Positions 12,701 to 25,989 of a DNA stretch of 64,000 bases are shown piece after piece (the first letter of the stretch is position 1; each line of letters begins with the position of its first letter). The notes beneath the pieces were generated by a model that was given only the letters and a program-made list of their open reading frames with translations, made no database searches and was not told the origin of the DNA. A program made the translations under genes and the position numbers. Source of the DNA: Raillietiella orientalis (taxonomy: Eukaryota); assembly GCA_036172245.1 (NCBI GenBank), contig JAYWIR010000004.1, forward strand, positions 4,092,001 to 4,156,000, read 5' to 3'.

Positions 12701-15700
12701 GGGGGGAGGGGGAGGAATTCCCTGGGAGCGCCTCGTAGCTCGCCTGGGGAGAGAGATAAGGCCGGTATCTTCTCGAGATGAAGATCCGAGTTGCATCACC
12801 ACGGGCTGCTGGCTCTGCGCCCGCCAATGGAGATGCCCTGGGGTCACCTCTTGACGCAAGCAGCTCGAAGCGCGCGCGCGCGTGTTCTGGGGAAGGCACG
12901 GGCGACGCTGCTGCCGGACGGGATCCCCGGCGGGAGTCTCTCCTTTTCCTCCTCTTTTCTCCGGCCCAATTTTCCTCCCCGGGATGTCGCGGGTCGCGTC
13001 CCAAGAGATCGCGGGAGCCTCCCCGGTTATCTGATGGTCCTCAAGAGCCCCGGGGTGGAAGGGATGGCTCTGAGCAGCTGGCTTCCAGAAGCTCCTCTTG
13101 CCGGGTCGGTAGACCGCTTCCAGGCTGATCGTGAATCTCCCGCCGTCTTGATGGGGAGGCTTGCAGCGTTCCGGCTCTCCATCTACCCGGAAGATCCACC
13201 CCCTTGACCTTCGGAACGGAACCTGGAGGGAGAAGTGGGTTAAGGGGAGGACGGGGGACGCAGTTTGGGTCGTCCGGTCAGGAGTGGTTCGAGCCTCCCT
13301 CGTTCGTTTCCCGAGAGACTCGCCGGAAGGAGAGAGGGCCGCGGCCTCCTGCCCTTGCTAGCACCGGGGCGCTTGCGACCACCGAGCCGCGCAAGGGCGA
13401 GGAACAGCCTGCAGAGAGGGCTTGCCCTCTTACTGCCCGTGAGGGCTTGGGATTCAGGGGTCTGCTCGCCGCGGGGACTTCGTGCTGGAGACTTCCTCTC
13501 CCTTTCCCTTCCACCCAGGGACACGTGCGGCGCGGCAGCGGTAGTCTCGGCTGATGCTCCGGGACTGGTCCTTGCCGCCCACCATCCCTCAGCGCCGGTG
13601 ATGAACCCAGAATCCGCGCGCAGGAGATCCGCAGTGTGCCCGGGGTTCTCTTCCTCAGACGGTCAGTCGTCCCTTCGGTGCCCGCAAGGGGGATCCTCCT
13701 CTTCGGGCCAGAGGAACGTCGGAGGGGGCGATCGGACTGCATCCGGCCGTCTCTCTTCCCTCGCTCTGGCGTGCCGCAGGAGCCTCGTTCGGCACCGCCC
13801 CCGCGTGCATCGCAGACTAGGAAGAGTCTTCGATCGAGAACCCTCTCTGCCGGGGGGACAGAAAGCGACTGACCGCCGCGACCAGCGGAAGAGGAAGGAA
13901 AGACCGACGCGGGCCGACTTTCGGGGGTTCTGCGGCGAAGCCCCTGAGGGAGGAGCGGGATGGGTTGACAGGGGTGAGGGCCGTGCCCTCATTTCCACGG
14001 CAGCGGCGGCTGCCGGAAGAGGCGGCTCTGCCTCCGTCTCCCGGAGGTGCTGGGCTCACCTCCTGCCGAGGGGCGCGGTTCCTCCCCCCATCCCTTTCTC
14101 CTATCCACCACGGCAACTCCTCCACAGGATTCCCCGGCGACGCCTCAGCCCCTCCCTCCTCCCGGAGGTCGCGTCCTGCATATTCATGGGGGCTCCCCGA
14201 AAGTCACGTGACCTGCGTCGTGCGCGCACGCGGTTGCGCAACAGCCGATAACGTCCTTTTCCGCCCCTGCCGGTGTCACGCGCGCGCGCGCGGGTGCCCC
14301 CGGGATGGCGGCCAGTAGAGGGTGGGGCGGGCCCTCAGTGAGCGGCGCCAGGCAGAGTCAGGAGACAGCCGGGCGGAGAGATGCCCTGTTCTCAGCTTCC
14401 GTCTCCGGGAGAGATAGGCATCTCCCCGAGCGCGTCACTGCCTGGTGCGCGCAGAGGCTGGAGGTATATCTGGGAAGAGGGATGCTGAGCAGCGTGCCTC
14501 GTGGACCGGGCACGACGGAGCACAGGAGCGGGCCGCGGGAAGGCAGACGGAGTACTCCCCCGACCTCGCCTCCTCGGACGCGCGCGCACCCGCCTCTCCG
14601 CAGGGCGCCGCAGGTAAGTGGGATGGGGGGAGAGCATCGCTAGGAGAGGGACCGGGAGCGGTCCGGAGAGAGAGCCCCCATCCCTCCGCTCCTCCTCGTT
14701 CCCTCTCTTTCTCTTCCTCCCTCGTCCTTCTCCTCCCCAGGGTCCCCAGGCGTCTCCAGTGGACTCTCGGGAACCTCCTCCTCTTCGCCCTCTTCCCCCC
14801 GTTCTCTCCTAGGGAGCGTCCCTCCCCTTCCGCCTCCTCGAGGAAGGACGCGGTCAAGGACGGAGGTGGCTGCGAGCCGGAGCGCGGAGTCCAGTCCCGA
14901 GGAGGAGGAGAAGGAGGAGAGGCGTCGAAGCGGAAGCCGCCGCCCTGCGCCGAAGGGTCGGCGAGGAACGCCAGGAAGGAAGGCGGGTGGTGGCCTGACG
15001 TGACGGCTGGGGACAGAGGGGGCCCCGGGCAGGAGAACCCGTCCCTCGAGAGCGCGCCTCACCGGCGGGAGCGTCTCCTTGCCCCCCCTCTTGCCTTCCG
15101 CCGCCGTCGCCGCCGTGTTATCGCGAGACACCACGCCGCGCTCGATCTGCCACCGCGTGCGCGCTCGGCGGCGGCACGACGGCGAGGTGCGCGCTTTCTC
15201 TCTCTGCCCCTCCCCCCTCCTCCACTTCCTCTCCATGTGTATTGGGAGGAGCCTCTGCTGGACAGACGTCTGCCGGAGACGCTCGGATGCTCGGATCCCG
15301 GCAGGACCCGCGCCCCCTCGCCGCTTACCCCACCCAGCCCTCTTCCCCATCCCGCCTTCCACCGGTCCGCGCGTGGGAAGCTGCAGCCGGAGTGAAACGG
15401 AAGGGGAAAGTCGCGAAAGGCCCTCCAGGAGGGGGACGCCGCCGCCACGAGACGCTCCTCGGGAGGCGACCCCTTCGCCTGGCGCCCGCGCGCTGCTCGC
15501 AGGTGACGGCTAGCAGCAGGCAGGTATTTGGAGAAAATGTGTGTGGGTGGGGAGTGGAATGGGGGTCGGTGCCATACGAGGGGGCGGGTCGAGGAAGGGC
15601 CGACTCGGCAGCGGCTGAGGGAGACCACCCTCGCGCAACTCACTGCCCTCTTCCCCTACTGGACCCCTCGAGGAGGGGGGAGAGCGAGAGGGGAAGAAGG

Positions 15701-18700
15701 GATCCAGGGGTCTCCCCACTCCGGGCCCTTTCGGACGGAGACAGCTCCAATGCCTCCGCGACCGCACGCTGCCAGTTCTCCGGAGATTCGCATCTCCGGT
15801 GAGTGAAGCGACGCTACGCTCGCGCGCTCGCCGCCACCCCCACCCCCCTTGGAAGCGGGGGGGGGGAGAGGGAGAAGAGATGCCAAGGGGATACACTGCA
15901 TTTTTCTTTTTTTTTCCGGAGAGCGCGCGCACATCGGTCGCGTTCCTCCCCTCCCTTCCCTTTTCCATCCCTGTTTCTCATCCTCGTCCGGCGGCGGAGG
16001 CACGTCCCACCCGCCGCGTGTTCCTCCGCGGACGCGGAAGCTCTCTTCCTGAAACTTCGCCATTCCCCGCCTCTACTCCTCCTCCTTCTTCCTTGTTGCG
16101 CCCCGTGCCGTCCTCGACGCGCATCCCCCACGCGGAATCGCTATGCCACAGCACGCGGAAACCGCGGCCTTCCTTGGCTTCGGACGTCGATCCTCCTTCT
16201 GTCATGGACGCTCCCCTCCCATCCTTCTTCCTCCCCCCCCCCTTTCTCCCTCCTCTCTTCATTTCTTGCACCCTTTCTCCTCGTCCTCCGCGTGAGGGGG
16301 CAGGAAAACTTCCCCCTCCGCTCATCCGCCACCCTCCTGACTCTGGCGCTGACTCCTGCGTCTTCCTGGCTCCGTGACGTCCGAGAGCTTTCCTGTGGCA
16401 CTCCGTTCTTTGCTTTGCTTGTTAGCCTTCCATCTTATTGGCTGGTAGAGACGGGTGGAGTTTCCAAGCTCTGGTGCTTGCCCACGCGCACTCGGAAAAG
16501 AGTAGCCTCTTAGGAGAGTGTCCATCCATCCCATTTCTTCTGTCATTGTTCTTCCCCCCCGCCTCCCTTTCTCTCTCTCTCTCTCACAGAAAATGGTAAG
16601 GAAGATACGAGCCGCGCGTATCACGGAAGGAACCTCCCGCACTATCCGATGCGCAGAAGATGCAGAGCGCGCGCTCTTATCACCGAAAACAGTTTGATTG
16701 GATAGGATGACTGTCCGCACCAGGCGCAGCCGCTCTTGTGAGCACATGGGCGATGAACTCGCCTTACCCTGTTCTCACACCAAACCGATACGGTTCGTCC
16801 TCTGGAGCGCTTCCTCGTCTGTCTGCAAGACACCTCTTGCAGACAACGTACTCGAAGGTTCCTTGGGGAAAACCCAGGATGAGCATGTGCTTCTATCGCT
16901 TCTTGATAGTGGAAACTTTGCCAATCCCTTCCCTTCAGAACAAAGAGAGGAAAGCGCAACTTCTTGAAAGCCGGCTAGAATCAAATGCAGAGGTTGTTTT
17001 CCTCTGGTGCTTCCTAGGCAGATCGGCTTGCATTCTTCCTTTGTTCGGGAGCGAAATTTTCCTGCCGATACGCCCCCTTTATGGGCGGGTATCCATCAAG
17101 CATCTTTCTGAGATATACTTGTATTAATAAACATGCTATTATGGCAGTTTGTAAAGGAGTTTCTTCACCTTAAGAAGGAATGACAATGGGAGCCACGAAA
17201 GGCGATGCAAGGCTGCTCGATTGAACGGAGTTTCTACATCCTCGTATACAAGGTGTTGGGTGTTGGATTTGCGTGTTTTTTTTGGGTTTTTTTATAGAAA
17301 AAGGGGAAAAAATGTCCTTCATTATCCATTAACGAAATATTCATTTTACTGCGCCGTTGCCACGCAACTGGAACTTACATACCACAGACTAGGAGAAACA
17401 CGGTAAAGCTAAGTGCAACTGGGCAGCAGCAGAGCTATTCTGAAGGATCAGATGTTTTTGTGCTTGTTACCACCGTAGACTCTCGGATCACCCACAAATG
17501 TTGCTTGGTGCATTAAATTCGTAGCCAAGGTGATCACCATTGCTGCGATCGGGAAGCTCAGGCTTAAATTCGATGACGGAGGCGTTCCGTGCAAAGACGC
17601 AAACGAAACGAATTGGCCATGCTCTAACGTTTCCTTTCTGTCGTATCTCTTGTAAGCGCGGCTCGAAGCACATTTCAGTCTACGCTGCAAATATGTGATG
17701 CCATGCATACGAATAACCTGTTTTAATATCTCGGTGAGAGTGCTGATACATCTGGAAGTCCTAACTTTTATTTTCGTTTTCTCTTCCTCGTCTCCTCCCT
17801 TCTTGTTTCCGTTGGTTAAAAGATGAGAACATGCGCTGCTCGCACGTATACAGGAAGCAATTGTCACCGTACAATCCAATCAGTGAGGGAAGGCGCGTAC
17901 TGCCTTCGAACTTACTCCAATTATTGCCCAAAGATTATATATCTGATTGTATCATATAAGTGCATGCTGTTGATAGTAGAGCCCAAGTGTTGTTAATGGT
18001 CGAGTTGATAGCGCATCGGATAAGATTGACCGGGCGACTGGTGCGTGGAGGGACGAGACGAGTTTCCTGCTTGCGACCATCGCGCGGGACCCTTGAAGTG
18101 CTCACTCTCGGTGGGTCGCTCGGCTTCTCTCATGAATATGCAACCAGTCGCTCCAAGAGATGTCTGCTGTCGCGTGGTGAGGTTACAGCGGGAGACCCGC
18201 GTTCCGTCCTGATCTGAACCAGGCGGTCCCTCAAGTACGCCCGCCGCATGTCTAAGCCGGGAATCTGTAACGTAAGTGCATCAGGAACATTCGGGGTAAA
18301 AAAGGAGAACCGGAAGAGCAAACAAGGTGCGCAATAGTAACTCCCGCGGGGGATGGACAGGAAAGATAGGGGGAAAAAAAAAAAAAAAAAAAAGATCCTG
18401 CGAGAGGGAAGATTTCCCAAGAAGACGTTCGGACGGCGGCTGGTCGTTTGGTTGGTTGGTTCGTACTCTGTTCCTGCTGCCACCCTCCGGGTTTTGCCGT
18501 CTCTGAGGCTGGACGAAACACAGGGGAAACCCTGGAAACCCGGAAGACCAGAAGCGCACCTCAGAGCAGCTCGCGGCTGCCAGACGGCGTGCACGTGCAG
18601 AAGAGCAGGGGGGGGGGGGATCCCGGTGATTAGCAGTCTCTGTGGATCGGAAGGTCTTTTTTCCTCTCCTCCTTTCCACTTCAGCGCCTTGGTCTTCCTT

Positions 18701-19689
18701 CCACGTGGCCAGGAACTCTCCCTTTCCTCCCACCCTACGGTTTTCCGAGTGACCCCGCGACAGTTCTTCCACGAAGCCGCGGCAGGGACGTAGAGGAAGT
18801 AGGAGGAGGAGATCCGGGGTCTGCTCACTCCCCCACCATCTCAGAGGAAGAGCGGCAGGGCAGCTTCCTACTCTTTCGTTCGCGGGAACTCCTCAGCAGC
18901 AATGCGTCGGCGCACTCCCTTGCGATCACTTGCGGTTACCATACTGACCTGCACCGTTTCCGCCTCGCCATCCCCAGTCACCAGGAAGGGGCAGATCGAT
19001 CGAACGGAAGGCAGGCGACCTGCTGTGCCAAGCGGTTTCCCGGCTACTGAAACATTCGTGAAAGACCACTAGGAGATGATTCACCAACTCATCATCCTTC
19101 TCTCCTTCTTCCTCCAACCTTCATTCCAGCAGGTAATGAGACCCCGTCGCAAGTCGGCCCTACTAGCCTCCCTTCGACACACTAGCGGACTCCGAACCTA
19201 CGGAGAAATCACAAGCCTGGTCTCTTGACCTGGGTCGGATTCAGCTGGCCTTTCTCTGGAGGGTGCGTACCCACGGGCGCGCGAGCGAGAGGAGAAAGAG
19301 GAGGTGGATGGTATCTGGAGATGTGACCAAGGGAGGGGGGAAGGACAGAGACAGGTGGGTGTCGTGCCCGGTCTTCACGGCCCTCACCTTTTCCCCCTCC
19401 CTTTCCTTCCACTCTTCCCCTAGCAGCCGCCCTCCCAACCTCCGCGGCTGTCTCCCCGGCGCGCTCCGGTGACCCGCGCGGAAGGTGAGCACGTTCGTCT
19501 GGGGTGACCGACAGTCCAAAGCGCCCCCACCCCGCAACACCCCGGTGAACGCCAGGACGACCGAGGCGGAAGGCGACGTAAGGTGGGAGGGAAGGGAAGC
19601 AGCAAGGAGGCGGTCGGACGCGTTGGGGATGGGGGTGTTTCTCTCGTCCTGCTCCGCCGTCACAGCATTGCTTGCTTGCTGGAAGGCGG

Positions 19690-19975
19690 AAGGACTCAGG
19701 ATGAAGGTGGCAGAGGAAGAAGAGAAGGTAAATGGTAAGAGGAAGGGAGGATGAGGAGGATGTAAAGCAGAGGAGGAGGTAAAGGGGAAGAGGAAGGGAG
19801 GGAGGAGGAGGTGGTAGATGGGAGGAAGAAGGGAGAAGGAAGGGAAAAGGAGGAGGTGGTAAATGGAAAGAGGGAGGAGAAGCTGGTGAAGGGGAGGAGA
19901 AATGGTGGAAGAAGAGGAAGAGGAGGAGGAGAAGGAGCAGCAGCAGCAACAGCTCTCATCGGGAGAAGAGGAGAT
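19690..19975. repeat. Polypurine (GGA/GAA-rich) low-complexity tract upstream of the DUF389 gene
   Basis: The + strand is almost entirely G/A for about 280 bp. Confidence 0.85.
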
Positions 19976-20635
19976 CCGTGGCCTCTTTCTCCCTCCTTCC
20001 CTCCCCCGCTCTCTCCTTTCAACTGCCTCTTCAATGCATCGGGCCAAGGTGTGAGCGCGTCAAAGGATGCCACGGTGACGTCACAGGGACGTGGAGGGAA
20101 CACACAGCTCCATCCCGGGAGGGCTGGCAGAGGACTCTCCCGGGGAGTGACTTCCCCGGCGCGCAGACGCTGTCGCGCTTCTCTCTCCCCGTCCCGTGGC
20201 GACCGCGGCCTTTAACGTGCCTGCGAAGGGGAGGAGGAGAGGGGGAGAGGAGCTGCGAGAGGGTACCGAGGATTCCCCCCTTCCCTGAGGATCCTTAACT
20301 CGCAGCTCCGGGGGGTTGCTGCGCGCTGCGAGCCTCGCGACGATGGCGCGCGAGGCCAGGGGCGGACGGGCCTTCCGAAAGGGACGCCATCTTGTCGTCT
20401 CCCTTCCCCTTCCCCCAAACTTCACCCCCCTTTCTCCTTCTTTTCGTACATTCAGCCCTGTTTCTCTGTGTAGGTCTCTCCCGTTTGTAGGTGTCTTTTT
20501 GCCGAAAAAGACAAAGCGAAAAGAGGAAAGAAGCACGGGGGGAGGGGTGGGAAGCGGGAGAAAAGCGAATGCAATTCTGATTGGCTGGCAAAAGAGTTGG
20601 CTCTCCAAGACGCGATGCCCGGATCCTGAGCTCAT

Positions 20636-23600
20636 ATGGCAGGGGTACTTTTCGTCATCTACGTGCCAACGGCGGAGTTCGAGGTCGGGAGCAGAGACAA
20701 GGAACAGTCGCCCGCGCCCTCCAAGAAGTTCGTGGAGAATGGGCTGAAGCCCATTCTGGAAAATGAGAACGCGGCGGAGCCCGCGGGCAAGACTCTGACC
20801 TCGCCCAGGAAAGACCTCGCCCCTGTTGCCGGCGACCCCGTCCGCAGGATATCGGTGATCAGCTACAAAGGGACAGGGATCTCGGTGCCTTCCTCGCTGC
20901 ACTTGCACCACCCGCACATCTTCACCGAGAGGAAGCCGTCCGACAGCAGTCAGACGCCACTGGAGTTCAACTACCTGCCTCTGGAGATGGTGAGCCGGAG
21001 GGGGAGAGTAGGGGTGGGAGAGCTGGGAAGGGAGGGTCGAGACGGGTATAGCTCGAACCGATCGCTGTCACCGCCACCGCCTGTCCTTCATGGGCATCCG
21101 GTCCGCGGTGGTCCGGCGAGACGTTCCTCCTGCCTCCGCCACCGAGAGAGCGTTCGGGAGAGACGGGGAGGGGAGAAAACAGGAACAATCTCACCACTCC
21201 CACCACTTCATCCTCAGGTGCTCGAAGACCTGCTGTACTTCTTCAAGATCACGGACTTCACCTGGGAACCCACGAAGAGCAAGAATCAGTACCAGGTGAG
21301 GGCTCCTTTACCTGTACCCTCTCCGGGGTCCTTTGGGAGAGAGCAGGAAAGGAAGATGCGCTCCTCTCTCCTCTTTCGTTCCCCAGATCTGCTTCACGTG
21401 CTCGTCCGAGGGCTCCGAGGAGGTCCTGAGGACACTGATGAGCCATGGGATCGGCTCGTCCTCCCAGTCGAGCGTCAGGTAGGAGGCAGCTCCAGAGGGG
21501 GGGGGGAGGCGGCATTCCGTGGCACGCGTATGCACGTTCGCCCTCTCAGAGGGGTCATATCTTCTGGACCGCCCACATCTCTACTTCTCCGAGAGAGTCC
21601 CCGCGACCACTTACCTCGTTTCCTTCCAGCATCCTTCCGTGCTCGCTGTACTACAGCAACCTGAAGCAGCTGAGCAACGAATGGAGCGACTCCGAAGACA
21701 GCGATAAAAGGTAGCGTGGTGGACCTGGGAAACTCCTCTTCCTACCTCTCTCCTACCCTGACCATCGTCCTCCTCCTCCGCCCCTTCGGCTCGTCGGCGA
21801 GTGCGCTCGCACCCGGGGTCTGACGAGTCACTCCTCTAGGAACGTATGGGGCCTCTGCCCCAGCGCAAGGGGATCTTCCGCTTTTGTACGGAGGCAGGAG
21901 GTTTTTCAGATGCTTCCACTGTTTATCCCAGTGGGAAAGGGGGGGGCGGCGACCGGAGCAGAGTCCCCTTCCCCCTCCTTTTCTAGAGGACTGCCCTCCC
22001 GATTCCAGGAGAGAGGATGTCGCTCCGAGGCTTCTTCCTTGTGAGAGAAGGCCGTCGCCCGTGGCGACCGTCCGTGAGCGACGGAGGCGAGGGGGCCGAT
22101 GACGCCTGCGAGCCCGAGGAGATATGCAGCCCTGGGCGGACTTTAAATGCAGGACCCAAGATGATCCTGACCTTTTGTCTGGAGGGCATCTCCGGCAGAG
22201 CTCACCGCCTCGCACGCAGGCAGGATGCTCATTCCCCCTGGAAGGCAGGCTCGAAGGGATTTATCCCCTTCCTCCTCCCTCCCCACACTCCTTCCCCTGA
22301 GACAGACTTAGGAAGGCCAGACAGTCGGGCTGTCGGTACGCTGTTCGGCGGTCCAGGGGGATGGCGACCTTGTAGGAGAGGCACCTCCCTCCTTCCCGGC
22401 CCTTCGCCCTCTTTTCGCACCGGCGCCCCAGAAGGAGGAAGACAAAAAGCACGGTGGCAGCCCTTTATCGTGCACTACTGAGCAATCGTCCCTTCGCCTC
22501 CGCCATCCGCCTCACAACGTCCGGGGAGCAGCCGGGGGAAGCTGACGGAGGACGCGTCGGGAAGCCGCCCGCCTCACAGGCGGCGTCTTCAGATGAGGAG
22601 GATGAGAAATCTCCCACTTGCCGCTGGAGTCTCCCGTCAGCGGCGGCAGCACCGTCTCGCTTTTCCCGCCGCGAGGGAGGGTGGTTTTCCGGAGTGGCCT
22701 GGATGGCACCCCTGACTGCGGGATGTGCCCGCCAGAGGGGGTTTCGTGGTACTGCACAGTTATTGCAGAGCGGCATCGAGAGAGGAAGCCGCAAGCGCCA
22801 GCTCAGGAGGAAGCAGACCGTTCCTGACCGGGGTCCTGGATACCCGACGTGCGCGTTTTACCGCGTCCCGTCTTTCTCCTGGTTCTGCTCTCACCCTCGG
22901 CTAAGCAGCTCGTGAGGCAATGGTGCGTGGCGAGCTGCACATCCTCCGCGCTCAGGCGTCTGCGCAACACTTCCCCTCCGGCCTCCAGTTCGGGCTGGTG
23001 CCGGGGAACCCACCCTTTTCTCCATACCTACGGTCTGACTCTTCCCTCCCTCCCCCACGGCAAGCGCGGCTCCTCTGTGATCTCGACCTCTGCCTTAACC
23101 AGCTACGGGGTGGACGAGGCGGCAGCCAACTCCAGACCGAGGTCTCAGAAAGCAGAGTTCCTCCGCTCCATCAAGTCCCGCCTCACTGTGGCCCAGGTGG
23201 TCGAAGGGGTGAAGGCCGATGCGGCCCTGACCTTCGATTACGTGCTGTTGTTGCTGCTGGGAAGGTAGCGATATCCCCAAGCGGGGGCGCGGTTAAGTCG
23301 GCAACTGTCTTCTTTCAGCATGATAGCGGCACTCGGACTGGTGGAGAACAGCCCCGTCGTCATTGTCGCCAGCATGCTGGTGTCCCCTCTGATGGTAGGT
23401 ACGAAGCGTGGGTCGCCCACGAGTCGCGACCCGGCGGCTTTTAGGGACCCATCCTGGCCGGAACCTTCGGAGCGGTCATCGAGGATAAATCCTTGAAGAA
23501 GATAGGCATCGTCAACGAACTCATCGGACTGGCTCTTTGTCTCATATCGGGTTACCTGTTCGGGCTGGTCGCCGGGTCATCCCGGAGCAAGTGGGGGTCG

Positions 23601-24769
23601 GGCATATGGCCCACTGCTGAAATGGCCTCCAGGTATGTTTTCGACGCGCTGGTGCCCGCCCCAAACGAGCGCTCTGCCTGAAGAGGTCAGTGGCGGTCCC
23701 TGTGGGTCGGTGCCCTCATCGCCATCCCTTCCGGAGCCGGGGTGGCTCTGTCGGTTTTGGGCGGGAACGCCGGTTGCCTGGTGGGCGTGGCCATCTCCGC
23801 GTCGCTGCTGCCCCCTGCTGTCAACGCCGGCGTCTTGTGGGCTCTGTCCACGGTGATAGCCCTGGAGTCCTTGGCCGACGAAGCGTTCCTGAGCCCCCCA
23901 CTTGGTTATAAGCTGCAGTACTCGCAGAACATGGCGTACGAGACAGCCATTTCCGGGATAGTCAGCTTAGGGCTCACCATCATCAACATCATCTGCATCT
24001 TCCTGACCGGGGTGCTGGTGCTAAGGGTATGGCCGAGCGTTTCTCTCCAGAGCTGCTTCCCAAGGGGAGGGGGTGGGTAACGTTGCAGGTCAAGGAAGTT
24101 GCTCCTCACACGAAGATTTCCGCCACGAGGAGGTTCTGGAAACAGGACATCCGCATAACGAGAGACTACAACAAATCGGTACACGCCGACACGGGAGGGG
24201 AATTGGCAGAACGGTACGTCGGGGGCACGGAATGCCGCACGTGCGGAGCGACGGTTCTCTTCTGTTCCCAAAGGGTCCGCAAGGAATGGGTGGCCCTCAA
24301 CGCCGACAAGAATCCCGAGAAAGTAGAAAGGAAGCTGTCGTCGGTGATCGAGAATGTCTGCAAGGACGAGACGTTCCTGAACGTGGCTCGGTATTCGTGC
24401 TACCCGGCTCCCGACCAGGTACGTTCGGTAGTTCCTGGGAAGGCTGCAATAACGCGGAAATCCTCGCAGAGCTCCTTGATCAACTCGAACCAGTTCACCT
24501 GGCACACTGACGTCGGGAAGCTGGAGAAAAGACCTCACCTGCAGTCCGTGTTCGATCTTCGGGAACCGCCCACCAGAACCCGCAACTTCAGCCAGGTGGA
24601 GACCAGCCTCCGGCGCCTAAGAAAGAAAAGCATTCTGAGGCACAACTCCGACGCCAACGTCTACAGACATTTTCCCCTCTCTGTGGTGGTCCATCCGCCT
24701 TCAGAGAGCAACCAGGTCACCTCTCCGCAGTCTCGCTTCACCGTGACGGAGACCAAAACCGCGGAGTGA
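20636..24769 (+). CDS. DUF389-family multi-pass membrane protein, 10 exons: 20636-20989, 21218-21295, 21387-21478, 21630-21710, 23103-23264, 23319-23394, 23445-23632, 23684-24026, 24089-24213, 24274-24769
   Basis: GT-AG introns join the exons into one open frame containing the DUF389 signatures LTFDYVLLL..SMIAALGLVENSPVVIVASMLVSPLMGPILAGTFG and GCLVGVAISASLLPPAVNAG, plus SLGLTIINIICI. Stop TGA at 24767-24769. Confidence 0.9.
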
Positions 24770-25989
24770 CCTTTCTCGAAGCATTCAGGAGAAGAAAGGG
24801 GGAGAGCGAAAAAGCAAAACAAAAAAAATTCGAGATGCGTTCTCAAGCACCTGTTATTTTCATCAAGCTGCAGCATCTCCCAATAGCAGAGAACGATGCA
24901 GACAGTCCCCATTCTGATAACTTTCTATACCCGTCGACCTATTCATGAAATCGAGTGATGCGATTTTTGGCATCACAAGTCACGAACTGGGCCTCCAGCT
25001 AGCATCCTCCGTCCCCTTTATAGAACGAAGCCAGGAGCTCATGAGAAAAGTCCTGGTCCTCGTTTATCTCCGAGGCTTCTGTTGCTCTTCGGCGACATAT
25101 CTAACCGAATTGAACTAGTGGTTGAGTGAGAAGCTGAGACCTTCCGATGTTGAGCAGATGAGCAACAGAGAATCAATTTGCTGGGTGCAGCGTAGTGGGA
25201 AAAGCCCTGCGAACATGGGAAGTTGGAACCTCCCGCCATGGTCATCATCAGGAGAAGACTAGTGGATTTTACTTTGTGTGCCTTCCTACTGAATCGTGAT
25301 AAGTGATGATGAACGATGGCAAGTTTCTCGAATATGAAATTGCTGAATATAAAAAAAATGAATATAAAAAATAAAAAAAAAGGCAGAAAAGAAAGGCACC
25401 TCCTTCTGCTTGGGGAAAGTGTTCGTCGGCGCGTGCTCTTCTTTCGACGTCGAATTGCAAAAGCGTGTCTCAAATCGAACAGCAGCATCCCTTCTCGAGC
25501 CAACACCCGCAACTCCCGCGAGCTTTCCGCGACTGATGATGATACGTGTTTTGATCGTTGTTAGAGTGGGAGAGAGCAGCATCGCAGCCAAACCGCCGGA
25601 TAGCACTCCAATCAGTATCCAAAGAATTCCAGTAGCTTCTGGTCTGAAATGCGTTTTCGGAATTCTTCCTGACTCCGCTTTTTAATGCGCTTGGAGCACT
25701 TGAAGCGGACGGAGACTTCGAGCATTAAAGCCCCCCGGGAGCACCCGGTTGACGGACGAGTAGGAGAATCCTTCGAATAGGACGGAGTCAGGAGATAGGG
25801 GAAAAAACGCTCTTTATGCGTAGATAATTGGAATGGTAATTGGATAATTGTCAGCGTTTACCTAGTTTGTGCACTGTGGCAGTAACACGCTGCGGAATTC
25901 TATAAAAGACTGCAACTGTGGAATAGATTCTGATTTTGTTTCATCTCTGGCGAGGACACCAGATGGATGTGCGCTTCCGCGATTTTATT

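Noticed and set aside
13200..20600. Long ORFs (up to 328 aa) and a few splice-like sites such as cag|gtaagt near 14613
   Set aside because: Low-complexity GC-driven frames; no coherent gene model or homology could be supported.
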